DNA of 64,000 bases. Origin: an uncultured Gemmatimonadales bacterium (lineage in GTDB: Bacteria > Gemmatimonadota > Gemmatimonadetes > Longimicrobiales > Longimicrobiaceae). A program made the position numbers and the translations under genes. The notes under the pieces are model-generated. The model was not told the origin of the DNA. It ran no database searches and saw nothing but the letters and a program-made list of their open reading frames with translations. Below are positions 1 to 10,269 of the stretch, one piece after another; within the stretch, counting starts at the first letter, position 1, and every line of letters begins with the position of its first letter. Location of the stretch: positions 4,728,333 through 4,792,332 of the forward strand of contig OY969570.1 of NCBI GenBank assembly GCA_963701155.1. Reading direction: 5' to 3'.

Positions 1-1065
1 TGCGGCGGCCTCACTCCATGCGCGCCGTTCCAGTGCCCAACGCGCCGGGATCGCCGCGAGCGCGAAAATACCCGCGGAGCCGGGTGCCGCACCTGTAATC
101 GCGTTCTGGTCGAAACGCGCCGCGAGCGCCGGCAATCTGTCGAGGAGTGCTTTGGCCGCCGCTTCGTCGCCCATCTGCAGATAGGCGTACATCGCGTAGT
201 CCGCGGCATGCAGCGCCTCTGAGATGGAGCCGCTGCCCAGGGCCACATCCATCGACCTCGTGTTGGTCTCGACCGATTCTTTCCACATGCCCACGCGGGT
301 GAAGGTGTGGGAGGGCATGTGGAGTGCGTGCGCCGCGGCGGGCGCGATGCCGGCATACCGCCGGGCGGCCGCTTGCGCCCGCTCGGCGAGGGGCGGGTAG
401 TCGTAGCTGTGGATGATGTAATGCGAGATCCCGGGATGGTCGGGCTGAGCCGCGAGAAGCGCTTCCAGGATGCCGCCCGCCCTTATCTGGCGCGCGTACG
501 TCTTGTCCGTCGGCGACGCCGAGGCGGCGAGCGCGATGGCGTGGAAGATGGAAGCTTCGGTGTCTGTGGGGTGACGGGCGGCAAGCTCGCCCATCGCGCG
601 CTCGTAGGCGTCGATGCGCGTTCTCTGATCCCGGTTCTCGAAGTCCGCGTACAGCTCGCTCACGGCGCGGATGTAGCCGCGCTCGCGTTCCGACGCGCGC
701 GCTCCCAGGCGCTGCGCTGCGTCGGCGGCCTGCCGCCCCTCGCGCAGCAGCGCCGGCGGACGGTTTCCGGCGGCCATGGGGTTGGTCCACCGGCTGAGCG
801 CGATCCCCCAGTGAGCCATCGCGCAGGTGGAGTCGGCCGCCAGCACCTCGTTGAAGCCCCTCATCGACGCGCCGAACTCGAATGAGTGAAGCAGCGCGAC
901 GGCCCTGTCGAAACGCGGCGCGACCGCCGGGCTGCACGATGTGGCGAAGCGGACGGTCCCCAGCGCCTCCGGTGGCTTCTCGGACGAATGCGCGTGCTGC
1001 TGCGTGACCGCGGGGACAGGAGACAGGCTGAGCACCGCGATCACAGCGATCGAAACCCGTCTCAT
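1..1065 (-). CDS. Exported TPR-like alpha-helical protein, 3' end runs off the window
   Basis: Not in the ORF track. Hand translation from ATG 1065 (GAGGAG upstream) reads MRRVSIAVIAVLSLSPVPAVTQQHAHSSEKPPEALGTVRFATSC...HYIIHSYDYP...HALHMPSHTF, open to base 1. Signal peptide then helical repeats. Confidence 0.8.
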   Translation of the reverse strand, partial: MRRVSIAVIAVLSLSPVPAVTQQHAHSSEKPPEALGTVRFATSCSPAVAPRFDRAVALLHSFEFGASMRGFNEVLAADSTCAMAHWGIALSRWTNPMAAGNRPPALLREGRQAADAAQRLGARASERERGYIRAVSELYADFENRDQRTRIDAYERAMGELAARHPTDTEASIFHAIALAASASPTDKTYARQIRAGGILEALLAAQPDHPGISHYIIHSYDYPPLAERAQAAARRYAGIAPAAAHALHMPSHTFTRVGMWKESVETNTRSMDVALGSGSISEALHAADYAMYAYLQMGDEAAAKALLDRLPALAARFDQNAITGAAPGSAGIFALAAIPARWALERRAWSEAAA

Positions 1066-1909
1066 CTCAGCTCCTCGGTAGCGGCGGACGTTCGTGCCGG
1101 GCAGTGGCGGGATACCCCTGCTTTGCCCGTCTCGGGCGGCAACCGCATCCGGGCCGTGGCTCGGTATAGGGCTCCCTGTCGCGAAGATACACGCGGCAGG
1201 ACCGATATCCTAACCTGCCCACTGTAGAGACTCATTCGATCGTGCACCGCGCCCCACGCGGTTGCTGGGGTCTCTGCAAGACGAACCACCGATCGTGCAC
1301 CTATCGGAACCATTCAATCGTGCACTTTGCTCAAAACCCGTGTCTCGGATCGGCTCCTCTGCCCATCAACAACTGAGCTCAAGAACAAAGCCCAACCGAG
1401 CGCGGGCTTGCAGCCGCGAGCTGCGACGCAAACTCCCCGCTCCTCACTTTCGACAGAGCATCGTCCACCCCGCATATGCATCCGCGAGTCCTTCCGCCAC
1501 AACGCTCGCGAGCTGTGCCGTGGTCCAATAGAACGCAACGCTCGGGGGGAGTGTGATGTATCCTGCTGCCGGGAGAAGACACTTGAGCGGTCCCCGCGGC
1601 AATGGACGGAGCGGTGCGACTGCCTTCATAGCAGCATTCGCCAGATACAAGTCGTGGCGAACCTTCTTTTCAGTTGCTTCGTCGCCGCTTCGGATTGCAG
1701 CCGGGTTGCGCCCGTAATCCGCCCGTCCGACCTGCGCCAAGCGCGCCCTTCTCCTCCGCCCTGCTCCTCCAGGTTGGCACAGCCGCCACGAGAAGCGGCA
1801 GACCCACAGGAGAAAGGAGGAAGATACGCTGGCCCTCGTTTCCCGGTGCTTCCGTGGCTCCCTGGAGAAACTCTTCCTTTCGGCGGAGTGCCGGCACCGG
1901 GGGGGGCGG

Positions 1910-3226
1910 CTACAGCTTCACGACCACCCATCGGACGCCCGGAGCGGTGGGGAGCACCAGGTTCCGCCCTCCCCCTACGCGAAGGTAGACCGCGCCGCCC
2001 TGGGCGCCCACCGGCGGAAGAGAGGCATGGGTGTCGTGCTCCGCCCAGCCATGGTTGGAGTCCGAAGTGACCGAGCGGAAGTCCGGGTCGCCGTCCCTGC
2101 CACGGTCGTCGCCACCCAGCTCGGCGGCCCACTGCGCCGCGAGCGCGTGCCCGTCGCCATCGAGCAGCCGCGCGACCGGACCGTCCGCCCCGGGACCGTC
2201 GGCCGAGCGCTCGCGAAGAGCGGCTCGCGCGACCTCGCCGAGCGCCTGCTCCCGCGATATCCCGCTACCTGCCGCGAGTCGTCCGGCGCCCCAGCGGAGA
2301 AAGGCGGCGGCGTCTCGGTACCCCGCGCCCAGCCGCCCGGACATGGAAGCGGGTTCGACCGCGACCGAGAAGTCCGGGTCGTCCGGAGAGAGGTGAACCC
2401 TCCACTCCCAGTTGGCGCTCGCGCCCGTGTGGCGCCGCGCGGCTTCCCCCGCGATCAGATCGGCCACACCCTCCGCCGCCCACGACATGGCCGGGGCGAT
2501 CCCCTGCTCCGTGCGCCACCGTGCCTCGAATGCGTGGGCGAGCTCGTGGATCGTGGTGCGCGTGCGGTAGGCGCGGGTGTCGTAGCCGGCAAGGCCGGGC
2601 ACACGGGAGCGCGTCACGTCAAGGTTCAGCACCACGTAGCTGGAGCCGGCGTCGGTCCACGTAGACGCGAGGCCGAGCGCTGGATCCCAGCGGCCGAGAA
2701 GGACGAGGAGGGGGGCTCCCGGAGCGCTCGACGGGGCCGCGGCCGCCGGGTACACGGCGCGCAGCAGCGAGAGCGTTCCCATGGCGTCGCGCACCGCCGC
2801 CCGGTCACGCGCGATCGTGGAAGCGTCGGCCCCCGCGGAAGATCCCTGGAGCACGGCGACGGCCACCCCCCCGGCGAGGACATCGACGATCCGAGCGGTG
2901 TCCGAGCCCAGGAAGGTGACGACGGGGAACTCACTCCCCACCTGGACGGCGCCCGGCATCACCAGGGTGTGCCGCGTGGCGGCGAGGCTTGCCGAGGGCG
3001 CCGCGGTCTGCCCCGCCGTGCCCGGGGTGTAGGCGCCGAGCACGAAGGCGCCACTGGGGAGCTCGATGCACCGCGCCCCGGACGGCACCACGGCCGCACC
3101 GGGCGTCGCAGGGGCGGTGACGTCGGGGGCGCAGGCCGGCGCGCTGGCCGTGGGCCCGGCGTCGCCGCACGCGGCGGTCGCGAGCAGCAGGCTGGCAAGG
3201 AGGTGGCGCGGAGTGCAGGGCTGCAT
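1910..3226 (-). CDS. Lipoprotein with HEXXH zinc-metallopeptidase motif
   Basis: Lipobox-like LATAAC-G; TIHELAH with downstream WAAEGVAD glutamate (gluzincin pattern). Confidence 0.75.
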   Translation of the reverse strand: MQPCTPRHLLASLLLATAACGDAGPTASAPACAPDVTAPATPGAAVVPSGARCIELPSGAFVLGAYTPGTAGQTAAPSASLAATRHTLVMPGAVQVGSEFPVVTFLGSDTARIVDVLAGGVAVAVLQGSSAGADASTIARDRAAVRDAMGTLSLLRAVYPAAAAPSSAPGAPLLVLLGRWDPALGLASTWTDAGSSYVVLNLDVTRSRVPGLAGYDTRAYRTRTTIHELAHAFEARWRTEQGIAPAMSWAAEGVADLIAGEAARRHTGASANWEWRVHLSPDDPDFSVAVEPASMSGRLGAGYRDAAAFLRWGAGRLAAGSGISREQALGEVARAALRERSADGPGADGPVARLLDGDGHALAAQWAAELGGDDRGRDGDPDFRSVTSDSNHGWAEHDTHASLPPVGAQGGAVYLRVGGGRNLVLPTAPGVRWVVVKL

Positions 3227-3350
3227 GGCGGCGTCTCGGCGGAGCGGGGGATGCTACGGGATGGAAGGCGGTTCAGCGAAGCGGGCGATCAACCGGCGCG
3301 GCGCCTGCCCGCGGCCGTCCGCGGACGGGACGCCGCGGCAGGGCGTCCGA

Positions 3351-3692
3351 TTACGCCACCCGTTCGGCGGGGGCGAATGCCCGGGGGCCCCACGCCGGGT
3401 CCTCGCGGAGGCTCCTTTCCCACTCCGCGCGGAGGTCATCGGCCTCCCGGAACGCGTCGAGCAACTGCCCGCCCCGCAGCATGACGGTGGCGAAGGGCTC
3501 GCCCCTCTTCCGGAAGCGGCGCCGGAAATCCCGCGTTTCGGCAAGCGCCTGAACCGCGATGACTTCGCTCGCCAGGACGTGCATCCCCTCTCCCAGATCG
3601 AGGAGCATGGAGGCCGCCTGCCCGTCCGCGGCGCTGGTGGATCCATCGTGGCGGGCGGTCACCCTGAGCGGGGCGGGAGCAAATTCGTACAT
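3351..3692 (-). CDS. Small hypothetical protein (113 aa)
   Basis: ATG preceded by AGAGGA; protein-like composition; weak resemblance of LLDLGEGMHVLASEVIAV to DUF370/RemA-RemB N-termini. Confidence 0.6.
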   Translation of the reverse strand: MYEFAPAPLRVTARHDGSTSAADGQAASMLLDLGEGMHVLASEVIAVQALAETRDFRRRFRKRGEPFATVMLRGGQLLDAFREADDLRAEWERSLREDPAWGPRAFAPAERVA

Positions 3693-4086
3693 GGGTTCCT
3701 CTGCAGGGTGCCGGTGGCTGAGTGACCGATCGCGCCGCCGCAGGGCACCGCGCTCTGCCGTGGGGTCAAGGCGAGACGTGTTCCACCCGCGCGATTTATC
3801 CTAAGATGTTTTTGGGCAAGCTCTTAGGCCCTCCCGGGCGCATCCCGGAATGGCACGCTCGGCGTCGCAGTTCTGGACAGGGCGAAGGTGCGCGCGCTCT
3901 TCCGCCCAGCAGAGCCGTGCGTTTATGGGAGGTGTCAAGGAACTGGGCGCCGCCTGTCCGGGGACGGGCCGGAGAAGCATCCGGTGGGGGGAGGCGCGAG
4001 AAAGCCCCTCACCGCGTGGCGGTGAGGGGCTTCATGGTCTGGTGGCGGAGATCATTCCCTCGCGTGGCATGGAGAGGCCGCGCGGT

Positions 4087-4652
4087 TCAGCGCACCCCGA
4101 AGATTTTCCCCCGGGCGGACGGCGATGGCGGGAGCGGCGCCACTCGCAGCGGCCCCTGGCCGGCGAGGAGGCGGGCCACGTTTCCGTCGGACAGGAGCCG
4201 CGCCCGTGCTTCATCGCCGCGCACCCTGGCCGCGTCCCAGGCAGCGGCGAGCGCCACCCGGCCACGCGCGTGGCAGCCGCTCGACAGGCAGCCGGCCCAG
4301 CCTCGCTCCAGAAGCTTCCAGGCGATGCTTCGCGCGCCTGCGCCAGACCTCCTGGGCAGAGAGCCGGCGTCGGCCCGCACGAGCGCGCCCATGCCCCGCC
4401 ATCGCTCCACCTCGCGAAGCGGCGCATCGAGGCCGTGGCAGCGCTCCGGATGGGCGCGGATCCGGGTCCAGGCCGCATCGGCCTCTTGAAGGCGTGCGGC
4501 GAGGCGGTGCGGATGGAAGGCGGGCGACGCGTTCAGGTGGGGAGTCGCGGCGAGGGTATGCACCCCTCTGCGTGGAGCGCGGCCACCGCCTCCCCGAGGT
4601 CCGCGCCGCCGTCGCCGGTCCCGGGGAGAAGATGGTTGTGAAGACCGATCAT
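4087..4652 (-). pseudogene. Degenerate/frameshifted CpsB-CapC (YwqE-type PHP) tyrosine phosphatase
   Basis: N-terminus MIGLHNHLLPGTGDG is in one frame; GVHTLAATPH...AHPER...SSGCH is in another. They join if one base is added in the C-run at 4563-4566. Repaired length about 188 aa, short for the family. Confidence 0.75.
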
Positions 4653-4719
4653 CTGGGGGAGCGAATCGGTGGAGCGGCGGTCTCGCGCAAAGCCGCGGCA
4701 CCAGGGCAGCCGGAAAGGC

Positions 4720-5700
4720 TCACGCGCCGCGGGCCGGCGCGGAAAGGTTTCGGTACCACTCGACCGTGGCTGCCAGCCCCTCTCGGAAGGGGACGTGCGC
4801 GCGGAAGCCGAACCACTGCAGCGCGAGGGAGGTATCCAGCGCGCGCCTCGGCTGCCCGTCTGGCTTGGTGGGATCGTACGCGAGGCGTCCCTCGTAGGCG
4901 CACGCGCCCGCGATCTCCGCGGCGAGCTCGCGGATCCGCATTTCCCCCCCCGTGCCGAGATTGACGGGCTCCCCGCCGTCGTAGTACTCGGCCGCCAGCA
5001 GGATTGCCCGCGCGCAGTCGTCCACGTACAGGAACTCGCGCGACGCCTCTCCCGTTCCCCAGAGCTGCACCTCGGGTGCACCCGCTTCCCGCGCTTCCAA
5101 CATGCGCCGGATGAGGGCCGGAATCACGTGGCTGCTGGACGGGTCGAAGTTGTCGCGGGGACCGTACAGATTCACCGGGAGAAGGTAGATCCCGTTGAGC
5201 CCGTACTGCTGGCGGTACGCCTGGAGCTGCACCAGCAGCGCCTTCTTCGCGATCCCGTACGGCGCATTCGTCTCCTCCGGGTATCCCATCCACAGGTCCG
5301 CCTCCCGGAACGGGACCGCCGTGTACTTGGGGTATGCGCAGATCGTACCCAGTTGGACGAACTTCGCCACTCCGCGACGGCGCGCCTCCTCGATCATGTG
5401 AATGCCCATGATCGCGTTCGCGTAAAAGAAGCGGCCGGGGTTCTCCCGGTTCGCGCCGATCCCCCCCACCTCGGCCGCCAGGTGTATCACGAGGTCCGGA
5501 CGCGCGTCGTCGTACAGGCGCTGCACGGCCTCCGCGTTCGTGAGGTCGTACACCGCGCGGCGCGGCACGGCCACATCGTGGCAGCCCAGCGATCGCAGGC
5601 GGTCCACCACGTGCGAGCCCAGAAAGCCCGCGCCCCCGGTCACCACCACCCGGCGCCCAGCCCAGAAACCGGGTGAGGATACCCGCTCGTCCGGGAGCAT
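4720..5700 (-). CDS. fcl: GDP-L-fucose synthase
   Basis: [12 protein letters not shown] Rossmann motif, [65 protein letters not shown]. Confidence 0.93.
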   Translation of the reverse strand: MLPDERVSSPGFWAGRRVVVTGGAGFLGSHVVDRLRSLGCHDVAVPRRAVYDLTNAEAVQRLYDDARPDLVIHLAAEVGGIGANRENPGRFFYANAIMGIHMIEEARRRGVAKFVQLGTICAYPKYTAVPFREADLWMGYPEETNAPYGIAKKALLVQLQAYRQQYGLNGIYLLPVNLYGPRDNFDPSSSHVIPALIRRMLEAREAGAPEVQLWGTGEASREFLYVDDCARAILLAAEYYDGGEPVNLGTGGEMRIRELAAEIAGACAYEGRLAYDPTKPDGQPRRALDTSLALQWFGFRAHVPFREGLAATVEWYRNLSAPARGA

Positions 5701-6039
5701 CGACGCTTCTGCTGGTTCCAGCCGCGGAGTTGGTGTAGAGGGCGCCGGGCGAAGGCTGGTCGTGCTGGAGTGTGAGGTCACGCGTGTATGCTCCGTCAGC
5801 AGAGGAAGAACCCCGCGGCAGGCGTGGGTGCGGCCGCAGGGCGCGAATCCCGGGCCGCGGAGCTTGCCGTGGCCGCCGCGGCCCAGGATTCGAGGAGTGT
5901 GTGTCCCGGCAGCCACCAGGCGCCCGCACCGGTCAGGCGTGCGCCGCCCGCACCTCCAGGGTGTGGCCGTGTAGCGGCCGGCCGCGAGAACCGAGGCAGC
6001 ACCCACACTTGTGGTGGATGCGCGAAATATCTATCGTAC

Positions 6040-7629
6040 ATGCACATAGCCTTCCACCTGCCTTTCCCGCCCTCGCGGCACTTCCGGCTCTCCCCGAACT
6101 CATTGCTCGCTCTCGCGCTCGCATTCGGATCGTCCGCCCTGGCGTCGTTGATCCTGACGCCGCGGGTCGCGCGCGCGTGCGTACGGCGCGGGATCTACGG
6201 CCACGTGCGCCCGCGCGCGGAGGGGGGGCAGCGGATCGTCCCCCGGCTGGGTGGCGTGGCCGTCTTTGCTTCGTCGCTGGCCGGGGCGCTGTGCACGCTC
6301 GCGCTGGGGGCGTTCGTCCCTGGCGCGCTCCCCCCGGTGTCGCCGGGCTTCTCGGTGGGGCTGGCGCTGGCCGGGGGGCTGCTGTTCGGGGCGGGGCTCA
6401 CGGATGACTTCCTGGACCTTTCGCCGCGTGTCAAGCTCGCGCTCCAGTGCACGGCCGCCCTCCTGGCGTGGGTCGCGGGGTTCCGCATCGAGCAGGTGAC
6501 GTTCGGGGGCACGGGGACGCTGGGATGGATGTCGCTGCCGCTCACCGTGCTCTGGGTGGTTGGGGTGACGAACGCCTTCAACCTCATCGACGGGCTGGAC
6601 GGGCTGGCCACCGGCGTGGCGCTCGTGGCGCTCGGCACCACCTTCGCGCTTGCGCTGGCATTGGGCAACACCGAGGTGACGCTGGCGTGCGCCGCGCTGG
6701 GCGGGGCGCTCCTGGGCTTCCTGCGCTACAACATCCGCCCCGCACTGATCTTCCTGGGCGACTCGGGAAGCCTGTTCGTGGGCTTCATGCTGGCGATCCT
6801 TTCCGTACACGGTTCCACCAAGAGCGCCACGGCCGTGCTCACGGTGGTGCCGCTCCTGGTGCTGGCGCTTCCGCTGCTGGACGTGGTGCTCGCCATCCTC
6901 CGGCGCTGGCTGCGCGGCATCCCCGTTTTCGGCGCCGACGAGCGGCACCTCCACCACCGCCTGGTGGCGATCGGCCTCACGCACACGCGCGCGGCCGTTC
7001 TCCTCCTCCTCGTGGCGGCGGGGATGGCATCGCTGGCGCTGGCGCTCGCGCTGGCCCCCTCGGCCATGGTGGCGGGGATCGCCGGGGCGGGGGCGGGCGC
7101 ATCGGTCCTCCTTATCCTGTTCGGGATCAAGCGGCTGGGGTACCACGAGTTCGTGGAGGCCGCCGCTGCCGTGGCGCACGGGGCATCGCGGGTGCGGCAT
7201 GCCATCCGCGACCGCATCCACGCGCGCGACGTGGCGCAGCTCCTCGCCAGGGCGGACGCGCTGGCCCACATCCACGCGATCCTTCAGGACAACGCGGAAG
7301 TGCAGGGCTTCCTGTGGATGGGGATCTGCCGGGAAAGCTCCGGCGCCGGGAGCCGCGCCGCGCTGCCGCGGCTACACGCGCGCGGGGCCCTGCGGATGGA
7401 CTATCCACTCTCCGCCGGCTCCGATGAGGACCCGCTGGTGCTGCGCGCGTGGTGCGCGCCGCGCGAGGACGGCACCTTCGCCGACACCGGGCGCCCGCTC
7501 GCCCTTCTGGCGCGCGCCGTCGAGCGCAGGCTGGCCGATTTGCCGGCGCCGGGGCACATGCCCGCGCCGGAGACCGCGGAGATCACGATCGCCCCGTCCG
7601 CGCGCCTCCCCCGCGCCCTGCTACCCTGA
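6040..7629 (+). CDS. wecA: Undecaprenyl-phosphate GlcNAc-1-P transferase (WecA/MraY, GT4 MraY-like) with C-terminal extension
   Basis: PRLGGVAV, GLTDD, NAFNLIDGLDGLA, FLGDSGS, HLHHRL motifs and many TM segments. Start chosen at ATG 6040. Confidence 0.88.
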   Translation: MHIAFHLPFPPSRHFRLSPNSLLALALAFGSSALASLILTPRVARACVRRGIYGHVRPRAEGGQRIVPRLGGVAVFASSLAGALCTLALGAFVPGALPPVSPGFSVGLALAGGLLFGAGLTDDFLDLSPRVKLALQCTAALLAWVAGFRIEQVTFGGTGTLGWMSLPLTVLWVVGVTNAFNLIDGLDGLATGVALVALGTTFALALALGNTEVTLACAALGGALLGFLRYNIRPALIFLGDSGSLFVGFMLAILSVHGSTKSATAVLTVVPLLVLALPLLDVVLAILRRWLRGIPVFGADERHLHHRLVAIGLTHTRAAVLLLLVAAGMASLALALALAPSAMVAGIAGAGAGASVLLILFGIKRLGYHEFVEAAAAVAHGASRVRHAIRDRIHARDVAQLLARADALAHIHAILQDNAEVQGFLWMGICRESSGAGSRAALPRLHARGALRMDYPLSAGSDEDPLVLRAWCAPREDGTFADTGRPLALLARAVERRLADLPAPGHMPAPETAEITIAPSARLPRALLP

Positions 7630-7975
7630 TCCGCCCTGCGAGCACCCGGGTGCGGTCCGGGCCACCCGGCTCCCGGGGCAAGGTCCACGAGCGTTGCTCC
7701 GCGCCCCTGCTCCGTGTGCTGGCGGCATGCCGGGTGGCCACGCCGGCCCGCGCCGCCCTCACCCTGAGCGCCGCGCCGGATCCGCGGCTGCTCCGCCGCG
7801 TGGCGCGTGGCGAAAGACCGGCCGTGCCCGCCGACGAGCTCGCGACGGGTCGCGCGATCGCCGCGCCCGCCGCTTCCGGCCGCTGCCGTGCGCGGGTGGC
7901 GGGCCCAGGGCGGCGAAGCGGCTGCCCGCGAGTGGCGGAGGGGGCTGTGGATGCGAGTAAATTCCGGAGGCCAGC

Positions 7976-9175
7976 GTGAGGATCGTGTACCTGTCCGCCT
8001 CGGCGGGGATGGGGGGCGCGGAGCGCGCGCTGCTGGAGCTGCTGGCCGCGCTGCGGGTGGCGGAGCCCGCGTGGGAGCTGCACCTGGTATGCGGCGCGGA
8101 CGGGCCGCTGCGTGCCGCGGCGGAAGCCGCGGGGGCCACCGTGCACCTGCTCCCCCTGCGGCGGGCGCTGGAGCGCTCCGGCGATGCGGGCGTGCGCTCG
8201 GCCGCGTCGTGGGGCGGGGCGTTGCTGCGCATGACGGCCGCCGTGCCAGGCGCGCTCGTGTGGGGGGCGCAACTGCACCGCCTGCTTGCCACGCTTCGCG
8301 CGGACGTGGTGCATAGCAACGGCTTCAAAACGCACCTGCTGGGCGCCGCCGCTCTGCCGCGCGGAACGCGGCTCGTGTGGCACCTCCACGATTACCTGTC
8401 CACGCGGGCCGTCATGTCCACGCTGATGCGCCGCTCGCGGGCGCGCTGCTCCGCCGCCGTGGCCGTATCGCGGAGCGTGGCCGCCGATGCGCGCGCGGTT
8501 TGTGGCCCGGACCTCTCCGTGCACGCGGTCCACAACGCGGTGGATCTGGATCTCTTTCGCCCGGACGGCCCCACACTGTCGCTCCACGGGCGCGCCGGGA
8601 TGCCGCCCGCGCCGCCGGGCAGCGTGACGGTGGGGCTGGTGGCCACGATGGGGCTGTGGAAGGGGCACGACGTCTTCCTGCGCGCCCTGGCCCTCCTTCC
8701 CAGGGGCCTTTCGCTTCGCGCGTACGTGGTAGGGGGGGCGATCTACCGGACCGCGGGGAGCGAGGTGGACCCGAACGCGTTGCGCCGCCAGGCCGCGGAG
8801 CTGGGCATCGCGGAATGGGTGGGCTTTACGGGCTTCGTGGAGGACCCCGCCGCCGCCATGCGCGCGCTGGACGTGGTGGTGCACGCCAGCACCGCGCCCG
8901 AACCCTTCGGCCTGGTGATCGCCGAGGCCATGGCGTGCGGGCGGCCCGTGGTGGTGAGCGACGCGGGAGGCGCGGCCGAGATCGCGGGCGCGGGGGCCCT
9001 CCGCGTCCCGCCGGGGGACGCGCAGGCACTGGCCGGCGCGCTCCTCCGGCTCGTGGGCGACCTGGAGCTCCGCGCGCGCCTGGGCCGGGCCGGGCGCGCC
9101 CACGCCGAGGCCCGGTTCGGCCGGGCGCGCCTCGCGGCCGAGATGGGAGCCGTGTACCGCGGCGTGGTGGCGTGA
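7976..9175 (+). CDS. Glycosyltransferase family 4 (GT-B)
   Basis: GGAERAL N-terminus, KGHDVF, PEPFGLVIAEAMACG motif. Confidence 0.9.
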   Translation: MRIVYLSASAGMGGAERALLELLAALRVAEPAWELHLVCGADGPLRAAAEAAGATVHLLPLRRALERSGDAGVRSAASWGGALLRMTAAVPGALVWGAQLHRLLATLRADVVHSNGFKTHLLGAAALPRGTRLVWHLHDYLSTRAVMSTLMRRSRARCSAAVAVSRSVAADARAVCGPDLSVHAVHNAVDLDLFRPDGPTLSLHGRAGMPPAPPGSVTVGLVATMGLWKGHDVFLRALALLPRGLSLRAYVVGGAIYRTAGSEVDPNALRRQAAELGIAEWVGFTGFVEDPAAAMRALDVVVHASTAPEPFGLVIAEAMACGRPVVVSDAGGAAEIAGAGALRVPPGDAQALAGALLRLVGDLELRARLGRAGRAHAEARFGRARLAAEMGAVYRGVVA

Positions 9176-10269
9176 TGCGGGTGCTTCACGTGTATGCCGG
9201 CAACCTGTACGGCGGGGTGGAGGCGATGCTCGCCACCCTCGCACGGGAGCGGAGCGCCGCGCCCGCGATGGTGCCGGGCTTCGCGCTGGCGTACGACGGG
9301 CGCCTGGCCGGCGAGCTGCGCGCCCTGGGCGCGGAGGTGGAGGTGGTGGGCGGAGCCCGCCTCAGCCGCCCGTGGTCGATCGCGGCCGCGCGGCGGCGAA
9401 TGCGCGACACCATGCGCCGCTCGCGCCCGGACGTGGTGGTCTGCCACTCCGCCTGGAGCCACGGCATCTTCGGGCCCTGCGCGCGGCACCTGGGGGTCCG
9501 GCTCGCCTTCTGGCTTCACGACGCGCCCTCCGGCGGGTGGGCGGAGCGCCTGGCGCGCCGCACCCGCCCGGATGTGGCCGTGTGCACCAGCGCGTGGGTG
9601 TCCGCGCGGCTCGCGGGCCTGTTTCCCGCGGTTCCAGCCGCCGTGGTGTACCCGCCCGTACCGGCGCCCGCCGCCGCGCCGGGCGAGCGCGCCGCCGTCC
9701 GCGCGGAGCTGGACACCGCGATGGACGCCGTCGTGGTGATGCAGGCCAGCCGCATGGAGGCATGGAAGGGGCACGAGGTGCACCTGCGTGCCCTCGCCGC
9801 GCTGGCGGACGACCCACGCTGGGTGTGCTGGTTGGCCGGCGGCGCGCAGCGCCCCGCCGAGGAGCGCCACCGCGACCGGATGCACGCCCTGGCCCGCACA
9901 CTGGGGATCGCCCCGCGCGTGCGCTGGCTGGGCGAGCGGACGGACGTGCCGCGGCTTCTGGCCGGGGCGGACGTGCTCTGCCAACCCAACCTGGGGCCGG
10001 AGCCATTCGGGATGAGCTATGTGGAAGCGATGTACGCCGGAGTGCCCGTGATCGCCGCCGCCACCGGCGGCGCGCTGGAGGTGGTGGACGACACGTGCGG
10101 AATTCGCGTTGCCGTGGGCGACGTGCCGGCCACCGCGTCCGCGCTGCGCGTGCTGCTTGGCGACGCGTCCGTCCGCGCGCGCATGTCCGCCGCGGGGCCG
10201 GCGCGCGCCCGGGCGCTGTGCGACCCCGCCACCCAGCTCCGGCGGCTCCACGCCGCGGTGGCGCCGTGA
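9175..10269 (+). CDS. Glycosyltransferase family 4
   Basis: TGATG coupling to the previous gene; GNLYGGVE, WKGHEV, PEPFGMSYVEAMYAG. Confidence 0.88.
   Translation: MRVLHVYAGNLYGGVEAMLATLARERSAAPAMVPGFALAYDGRLAGELRALGAEVEVVGGARLSRPWSIAAARRRMRDTMRRSRPDVVVCHSAWSHGIFGPCARHLGVRLAFWLHDAPSGGWAERLARRTRPDVAVCTSAWVSARLAGLFPAVPAAVVYPPVPAPAAAPGERAAVRAELDTAMDAVVVMQASRMEAWKGHEVHLRALAALADDPRWVCWLAGGAQRPAEERHRDRMHALARTLGIAPRVRWLGERTDVPRLLAGADVLCQPNLGPEPFGMSYVEAMYAGVPVIAAATGGALEVVDDTCGIRVAVGDVPATASALRVLLGDASVRARMSAAGPARARALCDPATQLRRLHAAVAP

Noticed and set aside
11-937. 308-aa ORF from the track, and most Arg/Pro/Gly-rich overlapping ORFs throughout
   Set aside because: Shadow frames of GC-rich genes; here the real gene is in another minus frame (1-1065).
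1100-1900. A/T-richer gap with short ORFs (e.g. 1444-1740) and a possible attC-like look
   Set aside because: No recognisable motif or RBS, and no paired attC boxes or integrase.
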